A stretch of 57,999 nt of DNA, counting the filler, from Basidiobolus ranarum (Eukaryota): NCBI GenBank assembly GCA_040143965.1. It is 5 parts of 5 records of this genome, joined end to end, with 100 filler letters (N's around TTAATTAATTAA, not from the genome) between each part and the next. Parts side by side here need not be neighbours in the genome. Positions count along the whole stretch, not along the records: positions 23,302 to 34,809 come from JASJQH010000606.1; positions 34,910 to 46,406 come from JASJQH010000607.1; 3 more parts are not named here. One strand, given 5' to 3'. Shown here one piece after another: positions 23,715-36,777 of this stretch (position 1 is its first letter; every line of letters begins with the position of its first letter). A program made the translations under genes and the position numbers. The notes beneath the pieces were generated by a model. It did not search any database, was not told where the DNA came from, and worked only from the letters and a program-made list of their open reading frames with translations.

Positions 23715-24275
23715 TTAAGATCTAGGCTTCTCTTTCTTCTCCTTGTACAAAGCGAGGAGAGAGACACCAGAAACCTTGACAACCTTGAAACGGACACCAG
23801 GAATATCACCTACGGCACGTCCCTTACGACCGAAACCAGAGATAAGGACTTCGTCATTCTCTTCGACAAAGTTTAAACAACCATCGTTAGGAACGAAAGC
23901 AGTGATCTTTTTACCGTTCTTGATCAATTGAACACGAACACATTTACGAATGGCAGAGTTAGGTTGCTTGGCTTCAACACCAATCTTTTCCAAAACAATA
24001 CCCTTAGCATGGGAAGATCCACCGAAAGGAGATGATTTGAAAGCGGTACCAAGGGCACGCTTCTTGTATTGCTTGTCAGCCCAACGCTCTTCGCGACGAT
24101 GGTTACGAAGTTTACGAGCGGCTTGAAGACCTCTAGGCTTTCCCTTACCTGTAGTTATTAAAAGTTATTGAATGTTCATCTAATTGAAACGATGGCTGAA
24201 TCCGTTGCATATCACAAGTCCATCCATCCAGGATCATCGCTGTTGCTTATTCAAGTGTAAAAACCACTTACCCAT
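23715..24275 (-). CDS. RPS23: 40S ribosomal protein S23 (uS12)
   Basis: ATG G, then intron 24271-24149, then [15 protein letters not shown]...[28 protein letters not shown]...KEKPRS*. Confidence 0.98.
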
Positions 24276-24593
24276 ATTGGAAATAAGATATCAAACAGTT
24301 GAAAGAGGGGGTCCCTGTGCCCGTGTTAGTGAAGTTATTTATTTTGTGCCTAATTCGGTGCATACGATCATAAAAATTCTTCATCCAATTTCAAGCTAGT
24401 TAATTTCTTTCTCTGTGCACGTGATGGCTCATGAAATGTTTGCTCGAATATTTGGTCTAAAATTTATCTCAAAGTAATATCATGATCAGTAGCCAAATCA
24501 ACCAACATAATTTCATTAGATCTCAACCTTATAACTGCAACTAGAGCGTGTTGTTTTAATTGTTCGCGTTTCACATCCACTTAGTAGTTGAAC

Positions 24594-27292
24594 ATGACAA
24601 ACGAGGAATCAAGTAAACGAGTACTAGAGCAGACAGAAACCGACCACAAAGAGAATTCCGATTCTGACGGTAAATTTACCTTGACACTGTGTTACTATGG
24701 ATGTATTTACTAAGCAACCTATATATAGTGGATATCGGTCCTTTACCACCAAGCAGTGAGGAAATCGCCCCAAAGAAGAAGCGTAAAGGTGAGTTGAATT
24801 CGCAATCGAATATAGTACCTAAACCTTGTATAAATAACTCCATTCTCTCCTCGAAATTTAGTTTTAGCTCATGAGAAACTTTATCTGGATCAATTGCCAA
24901 GTGCGGATATGTATGAACGTAGTTTTATGCATCGCGATGTGTTGAACAATGTGGTTGTGTCCAGGTTGAGCGTAGTTACACTGCTTTCTTCCTAAACTAA
25001 ATTACTAACAGTCTATACGAAACAATTTTATTTCCTTTACAGTACCGATTTCTTGATCACCACTTCAGTCGATGGTCATTTAAAGTTCTGGAAAAAAACT
25101 GAAAAGGGTATCGAATTTGTGAAACATTTCCGCGCTCATTTAGGTAAAGTTGGTCAAATATACATTCTCTTGGGAGTAGCCTTCTAAAAATCTTCGATTA
25201 AATTAGGAGCCATTACTGGAGTTAGTATTTCAGCAGATGGCTTACTCTTTGCTACTATTTCTGTCGATAAATCTTTAAAAGTATTTGACGTTATCAACTT
25301 TGGTGAGCCTAATCTAATAATCTGTCGGTGCTTTTGTTGAGCATACACTAAACAAATTGCTCATAGACATGATCAATATGATCAAGCTAGACTATATTCC
25401 TGGATGTGTATGTTGGATGCATAAACGCGGACAAGCACAAGCGTTACTGAGTTGGTAAGCACATACACAACCTCACCCATCCTCACTTCAATTAATTAAT
25501 ACGGTTGTGGATGTCATTTCCAACAGTGCCGACCAAAACTCCAACAAAATTTACGTTTATGACGGAAGAGGCGCCAACAAAGCATTGAGCGTTATTACCA
25601 GTGTTCACGCTAATCCAGCCACCATCATGAAGGTAAACAGACAATTGAACCATGCCCACCAATCCTTACACTAACAGTTAACGCACAGTATAACGAAAGA
25701 TATGATTGCGTGGTATCTTCGGACAACGCCGGATTCGTAGAATACTGGAGTCCCGAAGCACCACATGACCTTCCCAAGAGTTTGGATTTCCAATACAAGT
25801 CCGAGACAGATCTATACGAGTTTAAGAAATCGAAAACTGTGCCCACCTCGATTAACTTCTCCCCAGATTTCTCGCATTTTGTTGTGTTAAGCATTGAAGA
25901 TAGACAAATCCGAGTATTTAAATTCTCTAGCGCAAAAATGATACGTAAATATGATGAGTCTCTAACGGTGGTTAGTGAAATGCAGCAGGTACGGCGGATG
26001 CAAGATTGATCATTCAACCCATGATATTTAATCCCCTTTATTAGGCTGGGACCGCTGTTTATAAACTGGATGACATGGAGTTCGGTAGAAGGTTGGCTGT
26101 CGAACGTGAAATGGAGAAAACTCCGCAAATCCATACAATGAATGCTGGTAAATAATCTTGACTCTGTCACTACATTGGTTAGCTTCTTATTTTCTTTTTC
26201 AGTGTTTGATGAAAGCGGTCACTTCATCATGTATCCTACTCTACTGGGAATCAAGGTAGTGAATATTCATAGCAATAGGGTCGTTCGGATCATTGGAAAA
26301 TCCGAGACCCACCGCTTCTTGAATCTATCGTTGTATCAAGGCGCACCTCGCAAGAAGGCAGCTATTTCTCTGGTATTTGTTAAATTAGTAAACTTCTCTG
26401 CTGTAATCAACCTGATCTTTGACATTGTTGTTAGGCTATGGCTGCTTCGGATAACCCCACAGTGAAAGATTCGGAAACTCTGGATCCCACTCTATTCTGT
26501 ACAGCTTACAAACGGAATCGGTTTTACTTATTCACTAGAAGAGATCCCGACAAGTAATTGACATTTCTTCCTTCATTAACTCACTGAAATACTAACGACT
26601 TTGTGTAGTGAGGAAAGCTCGAAGGGTGAGAGAGATGTGTTCAATGAAAAACCATCTAGAGAGGAACAGACAGTCGCCGTATCCCAGTCTAAGGCGGTAC
26701 TCAGTACAAGTGCTATATTGAGAACCACTATGGGTGACATACATTTGAGACTGTTCCCAGAACATGCACCCAAAGCAGTGGAGAACTTCATTACCCATAC
26801 TAAAAAGGGATACTATGATAATGTTATCTTCCATAGAGTTATTAAAGGCTTCATGATACAGACCGGAGACCCACTGGGTAAACCATAGACTCTCTTTACC
26901 TTACATCAACAAACGGACTTTAACTTTTGTACTCTTGTAGGTGATGGAACTGGTGGTGAGTCAATTTGGGGGAGCGATTTCGAAGATGAATTCCATCGGG
27001 AGTTGAGACACGATCGCCCTTACACCCTGTCTATGGCCAACGCCGGACCAAATACTAATGGTTCGCAATTCTTCATCACAGTCGTACCCACTGTAAGTAT
27101 ATTGTTCATATTACATGCAGTCATTTCGTAGACTAACCAGTTATTCAATAGCCATGGCTAGATAACAAACACACCGTGTTTGGAAGAGCAGTGGCGGGAA
27201 TGGATGTCATTCATGCCATTGAAAATGCCAAGGCGGACAAGATGGACAAACCCTTCGAAGATATCAAGATTCTGAATATCGAGATCCGTTAA
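24594..27292 (+). CDS. PPWD1: WD40-repeat cyclophilin PPWD1/Cyp15 (multi-exon)
   Basis: [15 protein letters not shown] and [10 protein letters not shown], followed by the cyclophilin domain [22 protein letters not shown]...[27 protein letters not shown]...[17 protein letters not shown]...[10 protein letters not shown]. Confidence 0.95.
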
Positions 27293-27368
27293 ATTGGCAT
27301 TAAAGTGGCGTTAAATTGACCATATTGCTATACAACCACGTTTATTGAAAAGCATAAATAAATGTACA

Positions 27369-28442
27369 TTAAAAAGACAAGTCAATGGAATCTTTGGTTG
27401 GTAAAATTAGTCTATCATTTCGCTTCCAGAACTCAAACAATGCAAGGGCTAGACGATCAGGTAAGTCTTCCTGTATAGCATGGCCTGACTCGGGCAAAAC
27501 TAGTAGTTGGAATTTGCCTTGCATCTGAGCTATTGTCAATTCTTTATCTAATCTATCTGTACCAGCTAAAATCAAGATTTTGGCAGTTGATGCATTCAAA
27601 AATCTCTTTGAAAGTCCAGTGAACCATTCTTCCCAATATTTCTCGGTGTCATAAAGGTTAATCTGCCACTTGTATCCTTTTGAAGGATCCTCTTTATCCA
27701 CCAATTCTAATAAAGAAGGTACTGAGACTTTAGCCGACTCGAGATTGTGTATGGTACCTGATCTTAAGTTCCATTCTATTGCTTTTTCAATAGTTGGGAA
27801 ATGAGTGGGTCTGGTTGCTAAATAGGCTTTCATACCAACTAGTGCCTCCAAAGCGGTACCTTCGACCACGTCAATAACTGCCAAACCAATCAACTTTTTG
27901 ATTTTCCTACTTTCAGCCAAATGAGTGACCACGGTACCACCCAAGCTATGTCCTACTAAAAGTATCTCAGCCTGGTCGATATCTGAATATACGGTATTCA
28001 ATACGTTCCATAAATCCTCAGAGAGAGTATTTAGAGTTAGCTCTTTGCCACTCTCATTGAGAGAACCACCGTGTGAGCGACAATCGAAACATAGTATGGA
28101 TAATTTATCGCTTAACTTGCGTAACTCTTTCACTAGAACTGCAAAAGAGAGTGAAGTTAAACCAGCACCATGGTGCATCACAAATATTGGACCAGCTTCC
28201 CCGTCTTTGTCCCTTTTTCCAAGACTTTCATAGACTCTAAACGTGTCTCCAGATATCACGATATCTCTTCTATTGTCAAAAAAACTACTCCACTCAGCTT
28301 GACCATAATCTCGTTTACGAGTAGACTTCGTGAGAGTTGGAACAATAAAATTATCCCCTTTGGTTGAAGTAGAATTCTCTGGAACTGGTGGTAATTGAGA
28401 TAAAGTAGCTTTCTTCAAGAGTGAACGTTGTAAATTAGACAT
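27369..28442 (-). CDS. PPE1: Protein phosphatase methylesterase 1 (PME-1), intronless
   Basis: HHGAGLTSLSFA, nucleophile GHSLGG, VIDVVEGTA and LAGTDRLDKELTIAQMQGKFQL...GHAIQED. Confidence 0.95.
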   Translation of the reverse strand: MSNLQRSLLKKATLSQLPPVPENSTSTKGDNFIVPTLTKSTRKRDYGQAEWSSFFDNRRDIVISGDTFRVYESLGKRDKDGEAGPIFVMHHGAGLTSLSFAVLVKELRKLSDKLSILCFDCRSHGGSLNESGKELTLNTLSEDLWNVLNTVYSDIDQAEILLVGHSLGGTVVTHLAESRKIKKLIGLAVIDVVEGTALEALVGMKAYLATRPTHFPTIEKAIEWNLRSGTIHNLESAKVSVPSLLELVDKEDPSKGYKWQINLYDTEKYWEEWFTGLSKRFLNASTAKILILAGTDRLDKELTIAQMQGKFQLLVLPESGHAIQEDLPDRLALALFEFWKRNDRLILPTKDSIDLSF

Positions 28443-28804
28443 AATTCAAGAAGGACAAGCTCGAGTAGTCAACAACTGAATTGATAATAAAGAGTATATT
28501 AATATGATTATGCATATATATACATCAGGATAGCGTAGATAGTTCTGTCCATCATTTAATTTATTAAACTGGAGAAATTTTGAATTATTTGAACGAATTT
28601 ATATGCTTCGGAAACAATTGTCGTTTATAATAACGAATATTTCTTTTAAAAATTTATATAATATAAACCATGAAGTTTTATTACTTTTCTTGAAACACTA
28701 ATGAGGTTGAACTGAACTTTCAAATAAAGAAAAAAAATGTATGTGCTTGCTTTTGCTTTCGCTTTCGAATATAATATGTAAAATAAAAACGCCTTCCAAG
28801 ATTA

Positions 28805-29689
28805 TCAATCAATCTTTTTAGGTTCGGCTAAATTTTCTTGTTCAAGTGTACTATTCTGACTATTGGTAAAACTAGATTGAACTAGTTGAAGTGAAATCAA
28901 TATTCTATGAACAACTCTTTGACAGATGAGGAACCAAAATAGAACACTCACTGAACCTAAATTTAGAGTATCGTTCAGTATTGAGGAGTAACCATTCAAG
29001 AAATAAAAATGACTCTACCTGTAGGTGCAGCTGGGTAGGAGAAAACAAAGGTGATGGGACTAAACCATCCTTGTGGAAGATAAAACATAGGTTCATATCG
29101 GTACCAAAGAACAACAAGAATTCGTGCTCCATACAATACTACACGTGAACCAATACTCATCTTCACTTCAAACCCAGTTTTATCGTATGCCAAGTCAGTA
29201 GCTAGAAGGAAATGCTCGTTAAATTAATATTCATCAGGATTCCATTCATACTTCCTATAAATTCCTCTTAACATACCCAATTTATCATATTTAGATGTGG
29301 CAGCATCCAACTTTCTTCTAATTCTTGCCCATTTGGCAAACTCATCCTATTTAAAGTATCAATGAGTAAGCAACTATATGTAAGAAAACTGAATACTCCC
29401 TGACTTAGACACTCACTTGTGAACTTGTTTGTCTTAACTTGGTTTTCAACTCGATGATCTCCTTTTTATACTTACGTAACTCTACTACACTGCTCTTTTG
29501 TATGGCAAGTTTATATAGTTTGTAACACTATGAAAGGTAAAAGGGGTCGGTAAATGGTTCGAGTACTTGAAGTTTATCTTATGCTTTTTCCTTCTTTCTT
29601 ACCTGGCTAACAAAATAGGAGTAACCAACATATTGAATAAGTTCACACGTTAGCGCTACTAAAAGAACCACAAGCGCAGCTTGTACCAT
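28805..29689 (-). CDS. GET1: GET complex subunit Get1 (WRB/CHD5), multi-exon
   Basis: N-terminal TM, then coiled coil TSSQ|DEFAKWARIRRKLD, and WYRYEPMFYLPQGWF. Confidence 0.9.
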
Positions 29690-30228
29690 GTTCACTGCTG
29701 AATATAACGAAAAGTAAAGGGTGAACTAGATATATGGAATGCAAGGTGCATAAGTATACGAATAGATGTTTATTTATTGATATGATATTCAATCAAATTT
29801 CAAAATCATCTTGTAATTCCATGAAACCAGTAAAAAAAGTGGACGCTCACGTGACTCATGTCTAAAGTAGAAAATGAAGTTCACTTTATTTACCAACAAA
29901 TGTAGAAAAAGTATATGTTAACTAGGATACACTAGGTCAATAGAAAAGCAAAATCACCTCATCCAACGCTAACTAAGATAATACCAAACTGTAAAAGAAA
30001 AAGTAGAGGGCAAAGCGAAAATAAAATAAAACCAAATAGACATTCTCTCGGGCCGTGGGTGTGGTATTGAGTTGGTTATGGTGACAGACACTGAGAAATC
30101 TCATAGGCAGAGATGATAAATGCGGAGGAAGATCTTAATATGGCTCTTTTCACTTTTCAGGTTAACCTCAATCGATCATACAATTACTTGATCTTGGCTT
30201 AGAAAACTAATGATTGAGGCTTCTTGAA

Positions 30229-31288
30229 CTAATCTCTAGGAGACCGGGATGGGCTTCGAGATACAGGGCGTGCGCTGGGTGAAGCTACTGGCTCTTCAGG
30301 TCTAGGTGAGCGAGAGCTCTCTTCATCACGTCTGGGTGATCTGGAGCGCTCCTCTTCACGTCTAGGGGATCTGGAGCGAGCTTCCTCACGTCTAGGGGAT
30401 CGGGAACGTCCTTCCTCACGTCTAGGTGATCTGGAACGTGCTTCATCACGTCTGGGAGAACGAGAACGCTCTTCATCGCGTCTGGGTGAGCGAGAGCGTG
30501 AGTATTCACGTCTTGAACGAGTGCGTTCTTCCTTGGGATCAGGGGAGTTGGAGCGGGGACGTGATCCACTACGCTTGGGGGAGCGAGAGCCATCATGTCT
30601 AGATGATCTTCTGCTGCTACGACGAGGAGATCTAGAACGAGAGCGTCTGCGATCTCTTCTAGGAGATCTTGATCTTGAGCGGCTACCTCTTCTACATAAC
30701 CATTAGATTAATTATCTTTACTATTATGCACGTCTTTATACATTCAATTACCTGGGGCTTCTGGAACCTTTTCTAGAGTTGCGGCAGTCACGAGCCCAAT
30801 GACCTGAATAAAAAATATCCAATGAATATGTGTATGCGAGCATGGTGGATTCTGATTTCTTACCTTCACGTCCACAACGGAAACATTCATTTTCGGTAGA
30901 GCGGCGAACAGCGCCTTTGGCGAATTCGACTACAATACGAGCACCGTTGAAACGCATTCCATCGCAACCACGGAGAGCATCTTCGGCATCACGTCTATCA
31001 TTATACTCTACGAAACCGAAGCCTATAGAGGAGACGGTTAGTGCCGTTTGAGAGTATTCAGAGTTAATTAAGCGAATACTTTACAATGTGTAGTTCCTTT
31101 CTTTTATGTACCAATCAAAAGAAGTAAAAGCGTTGTTTAGCGAAAATGAGCTGAAGTCGGGGAAATAAACTGTATAGCTTTACCTTCACATCGCATCTAA
31201 CGATCTTTCCATACTTGTAAAAAATATCCTCAAGCTCAGAAGCACGAGTTTCACTGGGTAGACGACCGACAAATAATTGAGTGCTCAT
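30229..31288 (-). CDS. SR splicing factor with RRM, CCHC zinc knuckle and RS domain (SRSF7/9G8- or RSZ-like)
   Basis: LFVGRL..ELEDIFYKYGKIVRCDVK, FGFVEYNDRRDAEDA and CFRCGREGHWARDC, then a long RS tail. The frame requires a 16-nt exon at 31085-31100. Confidence 0.92.
30296..30500 (-). repeat. 30-bp coding tandem repeat (RSRSPRR[D/E]Ex), about 6 units
   Basis: TCACGTCT(A/G)GG recurs with 30-nt periodicity in the RS domain. Confidence 0.9.
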
Positions 31289-31948
31289 TGTTAAGTTAGA
31301 TTCAAGAAAATTGGAAGATAAATATGAACTGGTATAAATAAATATAGCAGAGCAGTAAGGTAAGAGGGTTAGAATGAAAGCAAAGTATGTAGGGTGCTAA
31401 CTAAATAGTTAAAAAGAGAGAAAGAACCAATGCTTCATCAGGTTCGTACTCCAATTTCGTTGATTCTCCATCCAAATACAGGTACAATTTTTTTCATTTC
31501 ATAAATTTTCCAGTCACCCTTCGCGCATCTAGCTCAGATCATGAGATAATAACGCGTTGAAGTAAATCTCATTTAACGATCGGATTGTCTTTCGCAGATG
31601 ATAAAAATCGCTTCTTGCATAATTTATCGTCTAGACAAATATTAATGCGTCCAATGTAGGGAGAGGCGATTAAGCACAGTATAGCATGATTTAGGGTTAG
31701 ACTACAAATCAGTTTCGGGACTTGTTTTCTGCTCAGTTTCCAACCCTATCGAGGATATAAAGGATACCCATTTAGATTGTATGCTACGTCGAGGGCTATA
31801 TAAATGATGATCCAATTTCATGTGACGAAATAATTCCAAGTCTCGTATTTGTTCTCGAATTTGGTCATTAATATAGACAGTCTCTCCAATCACTAAATGC
31901 TTATTATCATATCATACTAAGGCTTTTTCTTGCATAATTCGTCTGGAG

Positions 31949-33808
31949 ATGGTGAAACGCCGTAAGAATAACAAGAGTTCCGAAAACCTCAAGAGCGAGG
32001 AAACTTCTTCCTCCCCCGACCATCTTCACGACAACCATAATGGTCATTCCAAGATAGAGGTAGTAACTGGATTTGCTTTCTTTCCGTTTATCTCGAGGCT
32101 TCCATATACTATAAAATATGGAGTGTTGTAATTTTTTCCCGGATGCATTCCATTTCTTTTACTGCATTGTTAACTTTATATTTCTAACTTTAGGAGCAAC
32201 CTGCTGTACTGTTGGCGGATCAAGCTATAGACAAGAAATGGAAGAACTGGTGGGTGAGAACCACTTGGACCCTTATCATGATTGCCGCCTTTTTTGTGAT
32301 TATTGCGGCTGGTCATTTGTATGTGGTAATGCTCGTTATGGTATTACAGAACCTCGTATATAAAGAAGTCATCAGCCTATCTCACGAGCCGAACAAAGAA
32401 AGAAAGCTCCCCTGGTTTAGAGCGCTCCACTGGTAAAAAAGTTCATATTCGAGTAACCCATTCAATGTATCACTGTAATGACCATATGTAATAGGTACTT
32501 TTTGTTAACCGCCAATTATTTCCTTTACGGCGAATCGATAATTTACTACTTCAAGAAATCGGTTCTTGTCGACGCATTCTTATTGCCACTTGCGACATAT
32601 CATCGATTCATCTCTTTTATGCTTTATTGCTTCGGTAACAATCAGAATTCAAGTTATTTGCACCGAGCTTTACCTAAACCTCTATTATTACTTAGGATTT
32701 GTTTGGTTTGTTACTAATCTCAAGAAGGGGCACTACAAGTTTCAGTTTAAGCAATTTGCATGGACACATATGGCACTACTCCTGGTTTGCTTCCAAAGTC
32801 ATTTCATCATTAATAACATATTCGAGGGAATGATTTGGTTCTTCCTCCCAGTTGCTCTAGTAATCTGCAATGACATCTTTGCATATATCTTTGGCTTTTT
32901 CTTTGGTCATACACCTCTAATCAAGTTGAGCCCTAAGAAAACTGTGGAGGGATTCATCGGAGGATGGATTTCCACACTCATATTTGCCTTTATGGTGAGC
33001 TTCTCGTATATCGCGTGCACACATGTAAACATGAATCTAAACCAAATCAATTTTTCGACAGTTCTCCATCGTTCTGATCAAATCCAACTACATGTGTTGT
33101 CCTGCAGAAAACTTCTCCACAAACGTATTTAGTGATATCTCATGTAACCTAAATCCAGCATTTATTCCTGTGGAATATAAGCTCCAGCCATGGATGGCTC
33201 GTTTGCTGTATCTTTTGGTAACTCTTTCCGTTGCGACATAACATATCCTCGATTATTTCTCAAACCAAGTTTAGTTCCGTACAGAGGTCCGCCAAGTTTA
33301 TATTGCTCCACTTCAGCTGCATGCCTTCTTGATGGCTTCATTTGCCTCACTGATCGCTCCCTTCGGGGGCTTTTTCGCAAGCGGATTGAAGCGTGCATTC
33401 AATATTAAGGTTCTATTGCTCTCGCAGGTCTTCATTATTTTAATATGTACTTAATTTTGGATGAATTTAATTTCAGGATTTCGGTCACTCCATTCCTGGG
33501 CATGGTGGAATCACTGATCGAATGGATTGCCAGTTCCTCATGGGCTTCTTCTCATACATTTACTATCAAAGCTTTATTAAGGTTTTCTAACATTAATATG
33601 ATGTTTGCTATCTTATATCGCATACTCACCATTCTTTCACACTCCTTAGAGCGTATCTAACAGCTCTATTGTTATTCTTCAAGATATCATCAATAACTTG
33701 TCGATCAATGAGCAACTTGATGTTTATACGAATCTCCAAGAATATCTTATCAATCAAGGACTATTGGCTGAGAAAGTCGCAGAGTGTATGCAGGCGCTTA
33801 TGAGCTAG
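31949..33808 (+). CDS. CDS1: Phosphatidate cytidylyltransferase (CDP-DAG synthase), multi-exon
   Basis: [47 protein letters not shown] and [29 protein letters not shown]. Confidence 0.96.
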
Positions 33809-34809
33809 AGAACACAACTACATCAATCCACTAGTAACCTTTTAAATTCTCCAAAAGTATTAGGTCGGATTTTATGTGAAATAGTTTCATGCGCTCTTTC
33901 AAAATCTCTATCAGTATATTATACTTGGGTTAAAAAAACCATTTTTGCATTCAATTTCCATTATTTGCTGCTGTAATCCATGAATACTTCAAGATATATC
34001 TAGTAACAAAGATCTCCTCCAAAGAAATTCATCGTAACTTTTACAGACCTGTTAATATGGTAAAGAGGCTTTAAGTTAGTTAGATTGGTATACTAAAGAT
34101 CACCGATATGCATCGAAAGATTCTCACAGCTTAGAGTGTTGGAACTAACCCGTCTTTGAAGTATATGTAAAGGAAGAGGAAAAATATAATTGTTGGGGGG
34201 AGGGTTATCAATAATTCCAACTCAAGCTTGCATTTATAATATCATTTGAAGATAAATCAGAGTATGTCAGAAGGATATGATGTATATATCAAGTTCTTAT
34301 TCAGATATGGAATATGACTGTATATTCATCTGTTTTATATCTAATGAGCCCTTGAGTCTTGTAGCTGTACTTGAAATTGGAGCGAGTTTATGACTAGTTT
34401 GATGAGGGAGTATTACAACAGTTGGAATGTATGTGAAGAGACCCGAGTACTCTGAACAGTTTGCATGAATTTGAACCAACGTAATACTAAATAAATAAAA
34501 ATACTAAGCAGAATATATTTTAATGGGTTAAGGATCATTAATTTCCAACTTGTTTGGAGTGTAATTAACGTAAATGAGAAGGGTTATTTTCCTCTCCAAA
34601 TTGAAACATACAATGTCGGACCAAGATCTTCAATTTCGAATAAGGTATAAAATACTATTAGTTAGAATGTGTTAATATTGCAGTAAATATATATATCAAA
34701 TCACCCACGACCATATTCTTGGTTTGCTATGTGGGAAAGAGAAAATATATTGGGTTTATCTTAATTCAATATATATATCAGTTTATCTTAATTCAATATA
34801 TATATCAGT

Positions 34810-34909
34810 NNNNNNNNNNNNNNNNNNNNNNNNNNNNNNNNNNNNNNNNNNNNTTAATTAATTAANNNNNNNNNNNNNNNNNNNNNNNNNNNNNNNNNNN
34901 NNNNNNNNN
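34810..34909. other. Artificial contig spacer
   Basis: N44-TTAATTAATTAA-N44. Confidence 0.98.
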
Positions 34910-35379
34910 GACTTATTGTTCTACAGATGACATGCTGGCTGATATATTAACCAAACCATTAGCTAGACAGAAATTTGAGAAATTTAGACCTTTATTAGGA
35001 TTAGTTTATATGACTATTTAGTTGAGGGAGAGTGTTGAGATTAGCTTTGCCTAAGCACCTATATAGTCATATATAGCTTAGTACTTGGTTATCTTATAAT
35101 TCACTAAGATACTATCAATTATTCTCAATTGGAATTTACTTACAATATTTTTACCAACTTAGAAGTTCTCAGATATATAGATTTTTCAAACTTGTGCTAG
35201 AAGCCCCAAACCTTGCACACATGTTCCTGGGACCTTCCTTAACATATTCTATATGTTAGTTTGCTTATATCTTGACAAAACTATAAATGTCAACTTTGTA
35301 CTCAACAAATCAATAAATCAAAACCACCAATTCCTCTAATTCTCCAAACCACTTCCAACAAGCTCCCAAAACTTTAACA
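34910..35379 (+). mobile_element. 3' end of a Ty1/copia retrotransposon: RNase H C-terminus, PPT and 3' LTR
   Basis: YCSTDDMLADILTKPLARQKFEKFRPLLGL* carries the copia ADxLTK motif. PPT GTTGAGGGAGAG is at 35021-35032 and the LTR runs TGTTG (35033) to TAACA (35379). Confidence 0.92.
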
Positions 35380-35387
35380 ACTTTAAC

Positions 35388-35640
35388 AATAGTTTTGTCA
35401 AAATGTGAACAAACCAATGTCTGGAATGTGTTAAGGAAGGTTGCAGGAACATTTATGGAAGGATTGTGGCTTCTAGTACAAGTTTGACAAGTCTGTATAT
35501 TTGAGAACTGATAGGTTGGTGTTGATATTCTAGCTATATTCCAATATCAAATAATGGGTGATATCTTGGTGAAGTTCAGGTTAACTAAATACTAAGCTAT
35601 ATATGACTATATGGGTGTTTAGATCATGACAACTTCAATA
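35388..35640 (-). mobile_element. Diverged, inverted partial LTR of the same copia family
   Basis: Reverse-complement match to the LTR (e.g. TACTAAGCTATATATGACTATA, GGAATGTGTTAAGGAAGG). Confidence 0.8.
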
Positions 35641-36165
35641 GAAACCCCATGTTTTGTACTAGAAGCAAGCATACAGATATTGGACATCATATAATTAGAG
35701 AGTTCACAGAGAATAAGCTTATTTACTTAACTTATTGTTCTACAGAAAACATGATTGCTGATATATTAACCCAACCATTAGCTTAGAATTGTTTATATGA
35801 CTATTTAGTTGAGTGAGAGTGTTAACATTAGCATTGCCTAAACATCTATATAGTCATGTATAGCTTAATATTTAGTTATCCTTTATTTCACTAAGATAGC
35901 ACCCATTATTTGATATCGGAATTTACTTAATATTGACACCAACTTAGAAGTTCTCAGATATATAGCTTTTTCAAACTTGTGCTAAAAGCCCCAAACTTTT
36001 CACACATGTTCCTGGGACCTTCCTTAACACATTCCACATATTGGTTTGTTTACATCTTGACAAAACTATAAACGTCAACTGAATACTCAATAAATCAATA
36101 AGTGAAAACCGCCAATTTCTCCAATTCTCCAAACCACTTCCAACAGGCTCCCAAATACTTCAACA
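35641..36165 (+). mobile_element. Second copia 3' fragment: degenerate RNase H, PPT and LTR (35820-36165)
   Basis: NPMFCTRSKHTDIGHHIIRE...YCSTENMIADILTQPL resembles copia RSKHIDIRHHFIRE/ADILTK. The LTR runs TGTTA...TTCAACA. Confidence 0.9.
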
Positions 36166-36777
36166 TTTACCTCTAGTGTTTAAAGTAACAAAAGATATTA
36201 AATGTGAAGCTCTGTGATATTTACAAGGCAAGAGTACTAGTACTGAGTTGCCACTGAAGCATAAAGTACTTCCTTTTCGAAGAATGTATATGACTAGTGA
36301 AAATGTGTGACATTGTTGCAACTTGGAGTTTTAAAGAAAACGAATCCTGCAGATACCATAGTCCACCAAATGAGTTTAGAAAGGTGTGTTGATTACATTT
36401 GGTATATATTTGAGGTGCTCTTTACTATGATGTAGATATTCATATCATAAAGTTTGTGGAAGGCTCATAACAGACGCTAGGTATTGGGAATTTACCTTTG
36501 ATAATGACACTTCATCCCTGAGCCAGTAGTAATTATGAGCTTAGTACTGCAAAGCGGCTCCACCACTAAGGTATTTACTTTAACCGTTGAATGATTTTTT
36601 TTATCCCATCACAACGGCCGATGTTCGCTTGAGTTGTTCTGGATTGATCGATATCAAATTGATTCGGAGTATTATATACCAATGAAATTCACCTAGAAAA
36701 ATTTAAACCCAGATATAGGTTACTTAAAGCAATAATCCTGAACATCAACATAACCACTTCTTTACAATCTCGAAGAT

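Noticed and set aside
24149-24271. Longer RPS23 intron as a possible snoRNA host
   Set aside because: No canonical box C (RTGATGA) and box D (CTGA) pair was found, only a short CGATG/CATCG complement.
24276-24593. CACGTG in the short divergent RPS23/PPWD1 promoter (also upstream of GET1 and COX24)
   Set aside because: A plausible bHLH site, but a 6-mer alone is too weak to call.
30296-30500. 30-bp periodic repeat superficially like a CRISPR array or minisatellite
   Set aside because: There are no unique spacers, and it encodes the RS-domain repeat of the SR protein.
34754-34809. Exact ~27-nt tandem duplication GTTTATCTTAATTCAATATATATATCA
   Set aside because: It sits at the contig end and is a likely assembly artefact.
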